Source: Armatimonadota bacterium
GTDB lineage: Bacteria; Armatimonadota; UBA5829
Assembly: GCA_012522575.1 (NCBI GenBank)
Contig: JAAYKE010000071.1
Span: 2,058 to 66,057 of the forward strand
Reading direction: 5' to 3'
DNA length: 64,000 nt
Under the pieces are notes generated by a model that searched no databases, was not told the DNA's origin, and saw nothing but the letters and a program-made list of their open reading frames with translations. The translations under genes and the position numbers were made by a program. How positions within the stretch are numbered: position 1 is the first letter of the stretch; the number at the start of each line of letters is the position of its first letter. Shown here piece after piece: positions 34,457 through 44,357 of this stretch.

Positions 34457-35800
34457 TTAGGCGGCTTTCTTGAGAGGCGCGGACTCGTCGAGCAGTTCCT
34501 CCATTTCCACTCCCATATCCTGACAGGCCTTTTGCAGCAGATCGCGATGGCTTTTGGCGTCGGCGGGATATTTGGCCGTGCCGATACGCGCCTGCGCGCC
34601 GATCTTGACGGTCTTGCGGCCCGACTCAATCTCTATTCCGCTTACTATGCCCGCCAGTCTTTCGGCCACAACTTTTGAATGGCCGGCGGTGTGTGGCAGA
34701 ATCAACGCGAAGCTGGTTGGCCCGAATCGGGCGACGATGTCCATCTTGCGCACCGAACTGCGTATTGTCTGCGCGGCGGCGTAGAGTATATCATCCAGCC
34801 TGACAAGGCGCAGATACTTCTCCGTATCCTCCGGCAGGCAGATGTCGACGAGCACCAACGCCAACTTGCAACGCGCCCTGCAGGCCCGGCTGACTTCCTC
34901 GTCGAGCCTCTTTTCAATATATAAGCGGTTATACAGGCCGGTGACACTGTCGATTACGGTGACGTCCTGCCTGGGCTGCACGTTTACCGCCGGACGCGCT
35001 GAGACCAGGGTGCGCTGGATTTGCGTATCGCGGATTTCCTCGGTGGCCAGTATCTTTTTGAGCTTCTTTGTTCCGTTTCGGAGTATATGGGAGACATAGT
35101 TGCAGCTTATGCCCAACATTTTCGCGATCTCGGTTTGATTGTGTCCCTTATAGTAGTGCTCCGAGATGACGTCCTGTTCGATGTCTTTGAGACGCTGCAT
35201 CGCAGTTTCGAGGACGATTTTATCCTCCAAAGGAAGCTGGAATGTGACGACTTTATCATCTTTTATCTTTTCAGGGTCGCGGCGATTGGGAGAATCGTCG
35301 TTGTCCCCGTCAAGAGAACTTACTTTGAAAACTTCGCGGGTGGTAAGCAGATCGGCGACAGCGCTCTCCGGCATCTGCATCACATCGCCGATTTCTTTCT
35401 CGGTGGGCTGCCTGTTAAGCTTATGACTCAGCGATTCGATCACGCGGGTCATTTTCTGGTTCAACTCCTGCAGCCAGGCAGGTTCTTTTATAATCTTGCC
35501 TTTATCTCGCAAGTAGTGCTTAATCTGCCCGATTATTAGATGGGTGGCGTAGGTGGAAAACTTGACGCCTTTCGAGGCATCATATCTGTCCACCGATGCA
35601 ATCAAGCCAATGTAACCTTCCTGGCAGAGATCCTCGATTGGCTCGCAAGCGCCGACGAACCTGCGTCCGATGCTTTCCACAAGATTGCCATACTGCAAAA
35701 CAATCTCATCCCTGATTTGAGGGTCCTGGCATTCCCCATACGCCGCAAGCCGCTGTTGAATCTCTTCTTCAGTTAGTTTCTTTACGCTTCCTACAAGCAT
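34457..35800 (-). CDS. SigB/SigF-type sigma factor fused to a degenerate GGDEF domain
   Basis: Residues ~25-255 carry sigma regions 2-4 (EDLCQEGYIGLI..DRYD..GVKFSTYA..GQIKHYLRD; QTEIAKMLGISCNYVSHIL). The C-terminal domain reads DSVTGLYNRLY..LDEEVSR..LALVLVDI..RKMD-IVARF-GPTSF-ALILP..AERL..IGTAKYP. Confidence 0.9.
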   Translation of the reverse strand: MLVGSVKKLTEEEIQQRLAAYGECQDPQIRDEIVLQYGNLVESIGRRFVGACEPIEDLCQEGYIGLIASVDRYDASKGVKFSTYATHLIIGQIKHYLRDKGKIIKEPAWLQELNQKMTRVIESLSHKLNRQPTEKEIGDVMQMPESAVADLLTTREVFKVSSLDGDNDDSPNRRDPEKIKDDKVVTFQLPLEDKIVLETAMQRLKDIEQDVISEHYYKGHNQTEIAKMLGISCNYVSHILRNGTKKLKKILATEEIRDTQIQRTLVSARPAVNVQPRQDVTVIDSVTGLYNRLYIEKRLDEEVSRACRARCKLALVLVDICLPEDTEKYLRLVRLDDILYAAAQTIRSSVRKMDIVARFGPTSFALILPHTAGHSKVVAERLAGIVSGIEIESGRKTVKIGAQARIGTAKYPADAKSHRDLLQKACQDMGVEMEELLDESAPLKKAA

Positions 35801-35882
35801 CTGCTTCCTCTCTGCATGCCGGTTTCATCTTGAACATGCCGGGTTATAAGTCGTCAACCATCCTGATCCTGGGCCGACGCCG

Positions 35883-37094
35883 TTAGTTGATATTGCTGAT
35901 CAGTTTGAATATAGGCGCCATAATCGACACCGCGATAAAGCCGACTATTCCTCCCATTGTGACTATCAGACAAGGTTCAATGAGAGAAGTCAGCGTCTTA
36001 ACCGCGTTTTCAACCTCTGAGTCATAGAAATCGGACACCTTGGCGAGCATCTCCGACAAACGTCCTGTCTCCTCGCCGATGTCGATCATGTGAGTTACCA
36101 TCCCCGGAAACAGGCTGCTTTGCGCAAGCGGAGTGCTGATCTTCTGTCCCTCGCGAATCGCGTTTCGCGCGTTCTCGATTGTTTGCGCTATAACTCTATT
36201 ACCGGACGTTTCTCCAACAATCTCCAGCGATCTCATCATAGGAACGCCGCTGGCGATGAGCGTGGCAAAGGTGCGGGAAAAACGCGAGATAGCCATTTTT
36301 TGCACCAATTCACCAACAATGGGCAGTTTCAATTTCAGCATATCGATCTGCCGGGCGCCGGTGTCGGTCTGGCTATACCATTTATAAAACATAAACCCGC
36401 CAAACGCTGCGCCAAAGCCGATATACCAGTAACGCTGGGCAAACCCGCTCAAACCAAATAGAAATCGCGTCGCAGCGGGCATTTCAACGTTCATCGAATC
36501 GAAAATCTCTTTGAACTTGGGCAGCACGAACAACAGAAGGGCCACCACCATCAGCAGCGCGAACACCAGCACCAAAATAGGGTAGATCATCGCGCCCTTG
36601 ATCTTGCCGCGAATCTCCTGTTCGTCTTCCAAAAATGTGGCCAGCCTGTCGAGGATTTTATCGAGAATACCGCCGGTCTCAGCCGCCTTGACCATGTTCA
36701 CATAGAGTCGAGAGAACACGTTTGGGTGCTTGCTGAAGGCATCGGTAAGGCTAAGCCCGCCTTTGACGTCTTTTTTGCAGGACGCGATAACCGGCTTGAG
36801 CGCAGGGTCCTTTGTCTGGCCCTCGAGGATATCAAGACACCTAACAATCGCTACGCCCGCGTCTATCATGGTTGCAAACTGGCGGCTGAACACGACCATC
36901 GAGGCCAGTTTTACCTTTTTTGACGAAGTGCCTTTGGCCGAGCTTTTGGCACGTGATTTGTCCTCAGAAACGCTAAGGACGTGGTAGCGCTGTTCGTGCA
37001 GTTTGGCCAGCACCAACTGTTCGTTTTCCGCCTCTATTCTCCCTTTGACAGACTTGCCGCCGGGATCGACTGCTGAATATGCATAAGTAGCCAT
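35883..37094 (-). CDS. pilC: Type IV pilus platform protein PilC
   Basis: FSRQFATMIDAGV, VNMVKAAETGG, KIKGAMIYP, IGEETGRL, SLIEP. Confidence 0.93.
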   Translation of the reverse strand: MATYAYSAVDPGGKSVKGRIEAENEQLVLAKLHEQRYHVLSVSEDKSRAKSSAKGTSSKKVKLASMVVFSRQFATMIDAGVAIVRCLDILEGQTKDPALKPVIASCKKDVKGGLSLTDAFSKHPNVFSRLYVNMVKAAETGGILDKILDRLATFLEDEQEIRGKIKGAMIYPILVLVFALLMVVALLLFVLPKFKEIFDSMNVEMPAATRFLFGLSGFAQRYWYIGFGAAFGGFMFYKWYSQTDTGARQIDMLKLKLPIVGELVQKMAISRFSRTFATLIASGVPMMRSLEIVGETSGNRVIAQTIENARNAIREGQKISTPLAQSSLFPGMVTHMIDIGEETGRLSEMLAKVSDFYDSEVENAVKTLTSLIEPCLIVTMGGIVGFIAVSIMAPIFKLISNIN

Positions 37095-37101
37095 TAGTCA
37101 A

Positions 37102-38274
37102 TTAACCTCCCTGGAGGAATCGCTTGTAGTTCTCCCTGTCGATTGCTCGCGCCATAGCCTCTTCATTGGTAATTCGACCAAATCGGTAGAGGTCTGCGAG
37201 CACTTTATCCATTGTCTGCATGCCGAACTGGGCGCCGGTTTCCAGCGCGCCGTATATCTGATAGGTTTTGCCCTCGCGGATCAGGTTTCTGATGGCGGAT
37301 GTGGCAACCATAATTTCGATCGCGGCAACTCGTCCGCCTCCCAGTTGCGGGCACAGTTGTTGAGCTACAACGGCCTCCAGACTGTTTGAAAGCTGCACTT
37401 TAATCTGGTCCTGCTGATGCGGCGGGAAGACGTCGATGACTCGGTCGACCGTCTGCGGAGCGTTGCGGGTATGCAGCGTGCCAAATACAAGGTGACCCGT
37501 CTCGGCAAGGGTAAGAGCGGCGGCGATTGTTTCAAGGTCTCGCATCTCACCGATGAGTATCACGTCCGGGTCCTCGCGCAGAACAGCTCTAAGCGCGTTC
37601 TCGAAGGAGTCCGTATCGGTGTTCAGTTCGCGCTGGTTGATCATTGCCCGTTTGTGCCGGTGCAGATACTCAATCGGGTCTTCGATGGTCATTATATGAA
37701 CCGGCATCTCATTGTTGATCGCGTCGATCATGCAGGCGATGGTGGTAGATTTGCCGCTTCCGGTAGGGCCGGTGACAAGGATCAGCCCGCTGTGCCTTTG
37801 GGTAAGCTCTCTTATCACCGGCGGCAGCCCCAACTGCTCAAAGCTGGGTATCTGATCGGGGATCGCTCGCAAAGCCGCTCCAACGCTTCCACGCTGGCGG
37901 TAGACATTGACCCTGAATCTCCCTACCGCGCTGACGCCATAGGAAAAGTCCAGTTCGCGGGTCTTTTCGAACCATTGAACCTGGTCTGAGCTTAAAATAT
38001 CATATATCAATCGCTGGCTGTCATTAGGCTGCAGGGGAGCATAGTCCAGATGTTGAAGAGAGCCGTCGATACGCACCACCGGGGGCAGTCCCACCGTGAG
38101 ATGCAGGTCAGATGAGCTTCTCTCACATGCGTCACGGAGAAGATCGTCGAGGTGAAGTTCGCCTATTGGTTTGACATTGCCCTGGGGTTGATAATCCCCG
38201 TTCAGCTCCTCCAACGGCATGCCTTGCATATTATGTCCTCCAGTCAAGGTTCGATTGTCGGTTGCCTTTGTCAT
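37102..38274 (-). CDS. pilT: Type IV pilus retraction ATPase PilT
   Basis: GPTGSGKSTT, TIEDPIE, GEMRD, AETGHL, and the AIRNLIRE motif. Confidence 0.95.
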   Translation of the reverse strand: MTKATDNRTLTGGHNMQGMPLEELNGDYQPQGNVKPIGELHLDDLLRDACERSSSDLHLTVGLPPVVRIDGSLQHLDYAPLQPNDSQRLIYDILSSDQVQWFEKTRELDFSYGVSAVGRFRVNVYRQRGSVGAALRAIPDQIPSFEQLGLPPVIRELTQRHSGLILVTGPTGSGKSTTIACMIDAINNEMPVHIMTIEDPIEYLHRHKRAMINQRELNTDTDSFENALRAVLREDPDVILIGEMRDLETIAAALTLAETGHLVFGTLHTRNAPQTVDRVIDVFPPHQQDQIKVQLSNSLEAVVAQQLCPQLGGGRVAAIEIMVATSAIRNLIREGKTYQIYGALETGAQFGMQTMDKVLADLYRFGRITNEEAMARAIDRENYKRFLQGG

Positions 38275-38325
38275 GTCGAGCGCGGCGCATAATGTGATTA
38301 TTCGCCTTTGCTGACCGGCATTTGT

Positions 38326-40056
38326 CTAACCGGCGTAAATAACTCTCAGACATTCTTCCAAAGTTGTCTGACCAAGCAGTATTTTGGCCACGGCATCATC
38401 TTTAAGGGTCTTCATGCCCGAATCCATTGCGGCCTCCCGCAGAACGTGGGCGGAAGACTTTTGCAGCACCAGGTCTCTTACTCGATCGGTCACGACCATC
38501 AGCTCGTAAACTCCCAGCCTGCCCTTATAACCGGTCCCGCGGCAAAAGTCGCAGCCTCTGCCACGATAGAATGTAATTTTTGTGTCGCTGTCCAGTTCAA
38601 TGCCGAGCCTGCCGACCGCATCTCTCGGCGGAGTATACTGTTCTTTGCACTTTGGACATACCACCCTCACCAGCCTCTGCGCCAGCACTCCGATCACGGA
38701 CGAGGCAATAAGAAACGGCTCAATGCCCATCTCCACAAGTCGGGTCATAGCCCCGGGCGCGTCGTTTGTATGCAGCGTCGAAAGAACCAGGTGACCGGTC
38801 AGCGCGGCCTCGGTTGCGATTATGGCGGTCTCGGCGTCGCGTATCTCACCCACCATCGCAATATCCGGGTCCTGGCGCAGCATAGTGCGCAGCCCGGCCG
38901 GGAACGTCAGCCCTGCGCGGTTGTTGATCTGCACCTGCGTAAGTCCCTCAAGCTCATACTCCACCGGGTCTTCAATTGTCAGGATGTTTTTCTCGCCGGA
39001 GTTCAGCTTGGAGAGCACGGAATACAGGGTAGTCGATTTTCCGCTTCCCGTCGGGCCGGTGACCAATATGATCCCGTAGGTGCGGGAAATCAGGCCTTCG
39101 AACTTCTCCATAGTTTCCGGCAGCATACCAAGTTTGTGCAGCCCAACCGAAACCGAGCTTTTATCCAATATTCTCAGGACGATCTTTTCCCCAAAGACCG
39201 ATGGCAGGGTGGATACTCGGAAGTCAAACTGCTTTCCGTCTATCACCGCTCCTATTCTGCCGTCCTGCGGAGAACGTTTTGTTGCGATGTCCATCTCCGC
39301 CATGATTTTGAATCGCGATACCAGAGAGGACTGGACTTTTTTGGGAACGCGCATTATCTCATTGAGAACTCCGTCAACTCGAAGCCGCACTCGCACATAG
39401 TCTTTGGCCGGCTCGATATGTATGTCACTGCCGCCGTCGCTTATTCCGCGGGAGACTATAAGATTTGCCAGCTTAATAACCGGGGCCTCTTCGCTAAGCT
39501 CCCTGAGTTGCTCAATGGAGATATCCTCATCATCTCCCTCATCCGATCCCGCGTCAAAGTCGATCTCCCCGGTGTCGAACTCCTTAATGACGCTGTCTAC
39601 CTGCTCAGAAACATTTATTTGAGTTCGATAGAGACGGGCAATAGCCGTTATTATCTCTTCTTCCAACGCAATGCCCGGCTCCACATCGGTCCCGGTCATC
39701 AACCGCACTTCGTCGATAGCGAAGATATCGAGCGGGTTTTTCATCGCGATGGTCAGTCTGCCGTTTTTTCTGGCAACAGGCAGCACTTTGAGCTTGCGCG
39801 CCACGCTCTCCGGCACGAGCTTGATGACCGCAGGGTCTATTTCCGCCTCCTGAAGGTCGACAAAGGGCACTCCCCACTGCTCTCCGAGACCCCTGACGCG
39901 GTCCTTCTCGGAGATAAACCCCATGCTCACAAGAACATCTCCCAATGCTTCCTGCCGTTTGAGGAGTTTTTGCCTCTCCAGAGCCTGATTGAGCTGATCG
40001 CGCTTGATCAGACCCAACCTCAAAAATATTTCTCCAATTGCTTCTGTTTTTTGCAT
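38326..40056 (-). CDS. pilB: Type IV pilus extension ATPase PilB with N-terminal MshEN-like domain
   Basis: SDIHIEP, PQDGRI, GPTGSGKSTT, LRQDPD, CPKC..GCDFC zinc knuckle, and tandem xLGxxLxxxGxI..L..L..Q motifs at the N-terminus. Confidence 0.93.
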   Translation of the reverse strand: MQKTEAIGEIFLRLGLIKRDQLNQALERQKLLKRQEALGDVLVSMGFISEKDRVRGLGEQWGVPFVDLQEAEIDPAVIKLVPESVARKLKVLPVARKNGRLTIAMKNPLDIFAIDEVRLMTGTDVEPGIALEEEIITAIARLYRTQINVSEQVDSVIKEFDTGEIDFDAGSDEGDDEDISIEQLRELSEEAPVIKLANLIVSRGISDGGSDIHIEPAKDYVRVRLRVDGVLNEIMRVPKKVQSSLVSRFKIMAEMDIATKRSPQDGRIGAVIDGKQFDFRVSTLPSVFGEKIVLRILDKSSVSVGLHKLGMLPETMEKFEGLISRTYGIILVTGPTGSGKSTTLYSVLSKLNSGEKNILTIEDPVEYELEGLTQVQINNRAGLTFPAGLRTMLRQDPDIAMVGEIRDAETAIIATEAALTGHLVLSTLHTNDAPGAMTRLVEMGIEPFLIASSVIGVLAQRLVRVVCPKCKEQYTPPRDAVGRLGIELDSDTKITFYRGRGCDFCRGTGYKGRLGVYELMVVTDRVRDLVLQKSSAHVLREAAMDSGMKTLKDDAVAKILLGQTTLEECLRVIYAG

Positions 40057-40257
40057 TTGTCGATTATCAGTTGATGGTTAATGCCTGTCGGTTATTGCCG
40101 GATGGTCGGTTGTCATTTTTGGCGAACTGAGATATCAGCTTTCGTCTATCCTGTTTTTCTACCGCTGCCCCGCCGACGTTTGCCAACGGGGCAGCACCAG
40201 GCGTTAGCTATGATCGCTCGCCCTGGTTACAAAGTATAGACAACCGGCGGTAAATCA

Positions 40258-43035
40258 TCAGTCTTCCACGATGGACGCTGTGATAAATACAACGACCTCA
40301 GAGCGTTCTTTTGTTTTGTCCCTGTGTCTGAACAAGTGGCCAAACAGGGGGATGTCTCCCAGAAGCGGGACCTTTCTCAGAGAATCCAGCTCGCTATCGA
40401 GAATCAATCCGCCAATGACTATCGTGTCCCCGTTGTTGACACGCACAACGTGGTCGGTGAACCTTCGGGTAATCACCGGCAGGGTGATTCCGGCCTCAGA
40501 CCTCATGCGTTCGTCGAGTTTGAGGGTGCTGACCTCAGGATGCAGGTTCAGGGTTATGTTGCCATCCTCAGACACGCTTCCGACAACCGAAAGCTGGACT
40601 CCAATATTTGCCGTATCTGTAGTCACAGTCGGCGCTCCATTGGTGGCGACGCTGATCTGTGTCACATACCGAATCTCATCGCCGACGAAGAACTGTCCCG
40701 GCTTTCCTTCAAGACAGATGAGGCTCGGAGATGCAAGCAGGGTTCCATCGCCGTTGCTGATCAAAGCATCCAGCGTTGCCCCGAAGTCGACGGGCTGTCG
40801 TCGCCATCGATTGCGAGACACCTCCACTTTGCTGAAATCTCCCCAGTTCCAATCCAGCCCGAGTTTCTTCTCCCCGGACTCTGAAAGCGCGGTAAACTTG
40901 GCCTCGATCTTGATCTGAGGGGATTTTACGTCCAGCATTTCGATAATGGATATCGCCTTCTGCACGTCATATTTGCGGCCAAATAGGATAATCAAACGAG
41001 AAAGACTGTCGACGGCCTGTGCATTCATGGCGGTCTGCTGCTTGACGTTGGTTTGATCCGTGCCGGCCTCTCGAAGCTCGCCATCTTTATTGGACCCTGC
41101 GCCACTGCCGGCAGGACTTGATCCGCTGCCGGTGTCGTCTTCATCCGGATCCATCCCGGCGCTCTCAATAACCACATTCGGTGTCAGCTTGCGGACCGTT
41201 GTGATTATATTTTTCAAGCCAACATATTTGAGCTTATAGGTTAGCAGGTGATTGTCTTCGGTTGGCAGGGGCACGTCGAACTGTGCGGCCAGGTCCATCG
41301 CCTTCTGAACGTCCTGGTCACGACCCATTATAATCAGCGCAAAACTGTGCGAATTTTTCTCCGTGTCGAACAGTCGGGTGGTGTTTTCCCCGCTGAATAC
41401 GTTAGCCGGTATCAGCTTCTGCCCGGCAGTCGAAGGCGCATTGAAATATGATGGAGCCAGCATCACCCTCACTCCCATCACGGCGGACATAAGGGTATTT
41501 GCCAGTTCTACAGTGTTTAAGTATTTGACATTGTAGAGGCTGATCTTCTTTTGCGATGCCTGATTGCTCATCTCGTCTTCGACTTGCGATATGAACTCTT
41601 TGGCAGCTTCGATGCGGTCCGGCGTGCCGGAAAGAATGATCATGTCACTCGACGGCGAATCGGTGGCCGCGGAGCTGCTCACAGTCTCTGTGGCTTTGAG
41701 GGCGCCGCTGCTTTTCGCGCTTGAAGTGCCTCTTGAGCTTGTCTGGTCTGCAGCCTGACTCCCTGCAGCCGCCTCCCCTTTTTCATCGGCAGAGGTTGGC
41801 GTATTTACCGGCCTGGCTTCGGAGCCATCATCGGTCTGCCCTTGAGTTTCTCCAGAGGAGCCTTTTTCATACTCCGTTTTAATGTCGTGCTTGCGAGCCT
41901 TGCTGGCGCGGACGCTTATTTTACTGGAATGCACTTGCGGGAAGCGTATTTTAAGCATTTCCAGCACGTCGTCGGCGCTCACGTAGTCAAGGGTGACGAT
42001 TTCGACCGTGCTCCCTGCCAGGCTTCCTAATGAGGTGAGCGAACCCACCAGATAGGTGTGTTTGTCTTTGACATAAGTATATCCACTGAGGCGGGTGACA
42101 TATTCCAGAGCTTCGTCGATCGTGACGCCATCAAGCGAAACGGTGACCTTGCCCGCGACATCGTTACCCACGACAATATTCTCTTTGCTCTGCACCGAGA
42201 TCGCCTTCAGCACATCTTCTATATCGGCCCCGAGGAAGTTGACGGATACCGACTTCCCGGCTCCGACAGATGCGGGCACGGAGGCGGGCTTGACAGCCTG
42301 CACAACCGGCTTGGCGGTCGGCTTGTTCACGTTTGATGGCTGGCGGCTGACCGCAATCGGCTGAACGGGCGCAGTCGGAGGCAGCGACACCGGCGGCGCA
42401 ATGGCCGTCGATTTGCCCGGCAGAGGCGTTATTTTTGCCGTAGGCTCCGCATATTGAGCGACCGGCAGGACTTCGCTTAGCGAACCGCTGCCGTTGATTT
42501 TTATGTTCTGTGTCGGTGCGGCAACGTTCACCGCAACGGCCTCGGTTGGAGGCGCGGCATTTGTCGGCTCGGACGACTTTACTGACGCAGCAGGGTTTGA
42601 TCCGAACTTCCACACCGAAATATCCACGCGGGTTTTTGTCTCATTCCACGACGTAGAATAGTTCAGGCGGCTGGCAGTATTGAACACTATCCTTGTGGTC
42701 GGCGGCTTTTCCTGGAATCGAGCATAGCGGACGTTGTGAATCTTTCCGCTGCGAATGGACACCATTCGACCCTGGGCGTTGAGTTGCCCGGCGAATTGAA
42801 ATGCGATGAATCGGCCTGTGCTTGATGAGATCACTCCCATTTTGAGCGGCGCGTCGCCCTGCACCGACACGATCACGCGATCGGCCTTGTCGGCAACGTT
42901 TACACCGGTGATGCTGACCGCTGCTGCCTGGCTGACAAGCAGCATAGCCAGGATCACAATCACTCCTCCACGCAGTGACATCAAGGCGCCGATTCGCCGA
43001 GTTCTGGATTTAGCGGCGAACACGTTAGCTGGCAT
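40258..43035 (-). CDS. pilQ: Type IV pilus secretin PilQ (AMIN + N-domains + secretin)
   Basis: AMIN-like N-terminus, SVNFLGADIEDVLKAIS, and the secretin signature GGLI..KVPLLGDIPLFGHLFR..VVFITASIV. Confidence 0.9.
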   Translation of the reverse strand: MPANVFAAKSRTRRIGALMSLRGGVIVILAMLLVSQAAAVSITGVNVADKADRVIVSVQGDAPLKMGVISSSTGRFIAFQFAGQLNAQGRMVSIRSGKIHNVRYARFQEKPPTTRIVFNTASRLNYSTSWNETKTRVDISVWKFGSNPAASVKSSEPTNAAPPTEAVAVNVAAPTQNIKINGSGSLSEVLPVAQYAEPTAKITPLPGKSTAIAPPVSLPPTAPVQPIAVSRQPSNVNKPTAKPVVQAVKPASVPASVGAGKSVSVNFLGADIEDVLKAISVQSKENIVVGNDVAGKVTVSLDGVTIDEALEYVTRLSGYTYVKDKHTYLVGSLTSLGSLAGSTVEIVTLDYVSADDVLEMLKIRFPQVHSSKISVRASKARKHDIKTEYEKGSSGETQGQTDDGSEARPVNTPTSADEKGEAAAGSQAADQTSSRGTSSAKSSGALKATETVSSSAATDSPSSDMIILSGTPDRIEAAKEFISQVEDEMSNQASQKKISLYNVKYLNTVELANTLMSAVMGVRVMLAPSYFNAPSTAGQKLIPANVFSGENTTRLFDTEKNSHSFALIIMGRDQDVQKAMDLAAQFDVPLPTEDNHLLTYKLKYVGLKNIITTVRKLTPNVVIESAGMDPDEDDTGSGSSPAGSGAGSNKDGELREAGTDQTNVKQQTAMNAQAVDSLSRLIILFGRKYDVQKAISIIEMLDVKSPQIKIEAKFTALSESGEKKLGLDWNWGDFSKVEVSRNRWRRQPVDFGATLDALISNGDGTLLASPSLICLEGKPGQFFVGDEIRYVTQISVATNGAPTVTTDTANIGVQLSVVGSVSEDGNITLNLHPEVSTLKLDERMRSEAGITLPVITRRFTDHVVRVNNGDTIVIGGLILDSELDSLRKVPLLGDIPLFGHLFRHRDKTKERSEVVVFITASIVED

Positions 43036-43651
43036 TTGGAACTCCTCCTAATTTGACGTGGATCCTACGATCTTTACAGGCCAAGACAACACCGTCCGAT
43101 GAAACGGAAAGCACTTTATAGCCCCCGTCGATGAACTGGCCTTTCTTTACAACATATTTAACTGAACCGTTGCGAATTATGGCGACGTTTTCCTCGCCAC
43201 ATATAATACCTGTGAGCACAAATTCCGGGTCTTCCGGCTCGTCGGAGAGCACTACACTGACCGATGGCGCCGCATCCGAACTGAAACTGCCGAACGGGAT
43301 CATCGGAGCCAGTTTGGTTGACTTAGCCGTCGAAAGCGGGCCGGACGGGGCAACCGATGGAGCAGGCGCAGCGCGATCCTCGCTTAGGACGCTTGCCAGT
43401 CTTTGCACAGTGAAAGGATCTCTGCGCGGAATTGGAGCGCTCAAGTTTGGATAGTCCGCCGTATTGGGCAGCGGTTTTGACTGCAACTGCATAACGGCTT
43501 TAGCGGCGATTGACCTGTCTATCTTGCTAACCGGAGGCGTCATTTCCGTCTCCGGCGGCTTGGTTATCGTAAACGTCACGTAGCCTATGCATATAAGCAC
43601 GAGCAAACCGAGCACAGCCAATTGTTGAGTCTGCTTTTTATCCTGCTTCAT
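43025..43651 (-). CDS. PilP-like / T2SS-C-like accessory protein
   Basis: N-terminal TM, RRDPF, and C-terminal FVLTGII..VAII..YVVKKGQ..YKVLSVS; it lies between pilO and pilQ. Confidence 0.65.
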   Translation of the reverse strand: MKQDKKQTQQLAVLGLLVLICIGYVTFTITKPPETEMTPPVSKIDRSIAAKAVMQLQSKPLPNTADYPNLSAPIPRRDPFTVQRLASVLSEDRAAPAPSVAPSGPLSTAKSTKLAPMIPFGSFSSDAAPSVSVVLSDEPEDPEFVLTGIICGEENVAIIRNGSVKYVVKKGQFIDGGYKVLSVSSDGVVLACKDRRIHVKLGGVPNAS

Positions 43652-44357
43652 TTTTGGCCTCCGCCGGAATCCCCGCGCTGTCATCGGATTGCTTTCGCTT
43701 GACAGGAGTGGCTTCCTTGAATACGAAAGCTGTTGCGTTGATCTTGATGCTAAGCTGCGGGTTGCCGGTCGCGTTTATGCCTGATGTAGGGCTCATTTCA
43801 ATTGAGTTCACGGCAATTATTTTCGGGAAAGTTGTGAGCTTATACAAAAAATCAAGCGCATTCATATACTGGCCTTCAAGCTCGAGATCTACCAGTAGAT
43901 CGTCGTATGGCTTGGGCGGCTCCGGTTTTTCCTCAGTTGCCGCGCCCGATGAACCTGAGTTCTCAGCCGAGGCCATCGCCGCCTGTTTTTCTGCCATTTT
44001 GGCGTTGGGATCGGGAGGCTGAGGGCGAACGCCCAGCACCTTGAGGCTCACTGCTCCTCCCAACTGCTCAAGCTGTTTCAACAGGGTCGGCACATACGCT
44101 TGAGTTGAGACCGATGATTCCAGACTGCGGATTTGCGCGCGTGTGTCGAGATATCGGTTCTCGGTGCTCATCTGGGTCTGCGCCACTTTCAGGCTGTCGC
44201 GAACATTTGCCTCGACCTGTTTTTTCTCCGCCTCGACAGACCTTACTTTTCCGACAGCGGCCAGGCAGGACAGCAGGCAGATCACGAATACCAGCCCGGC
44301 GGCAATCGCGAGCAATGCCACTCCCTTCTGGCTTGGCTTAAGATTGATTTGCGCCAC
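43638..44357 (-). CDS. pilO: Type IV pilus alignment protein PilO
   Basis: N-terminal TM, coiled coil, VPTLLKQL, LELEGQY..LDFLYKL..KIIAVNSIEM. Confidence 0.8.
   Translation of the reverse strand: MAQINLKPSQKGVALLAIAAGLVFVICLLSCLAAVGKVRSVEAEKKQVEANVRDSLKVAQTQMSTENRYLDTRAQIRSLESSVSTQAYVPTLLKQLEQLGGAVSLKVLGVRPQPPDPNAKMAEKQAAMASAENSGSSGAATEEKPEPPKPYDDLLVDLELEGQYMNALDFLYKLTTFPKIIAVNSIEMSPTSGINATGNPQLSIKINATAFVFKEATPVKRKQSDDSAGIPAEAKNEAG

Noticed and set aside
38308-40074. 588-aa + strand ORF, and similar long antisense ORFs over hdrA, pilT, prs and the oxidoreductases
   Set aside because: These are shadow ORFs opposite clearly conserved genes and contain no recognisable motifs.
40130-40200. GGCAAAC...GACGAAAGC upstream of pilB resembling a c-di-GMP-I (GEMM) riboswitch
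   Set aside because: It lacks the P2 stem with GNRA tetraloop and the correct spacing. It is better explained as a GC-rich hairpin (GCTGCCCCG...CGGGGCAGC) after pilQ.
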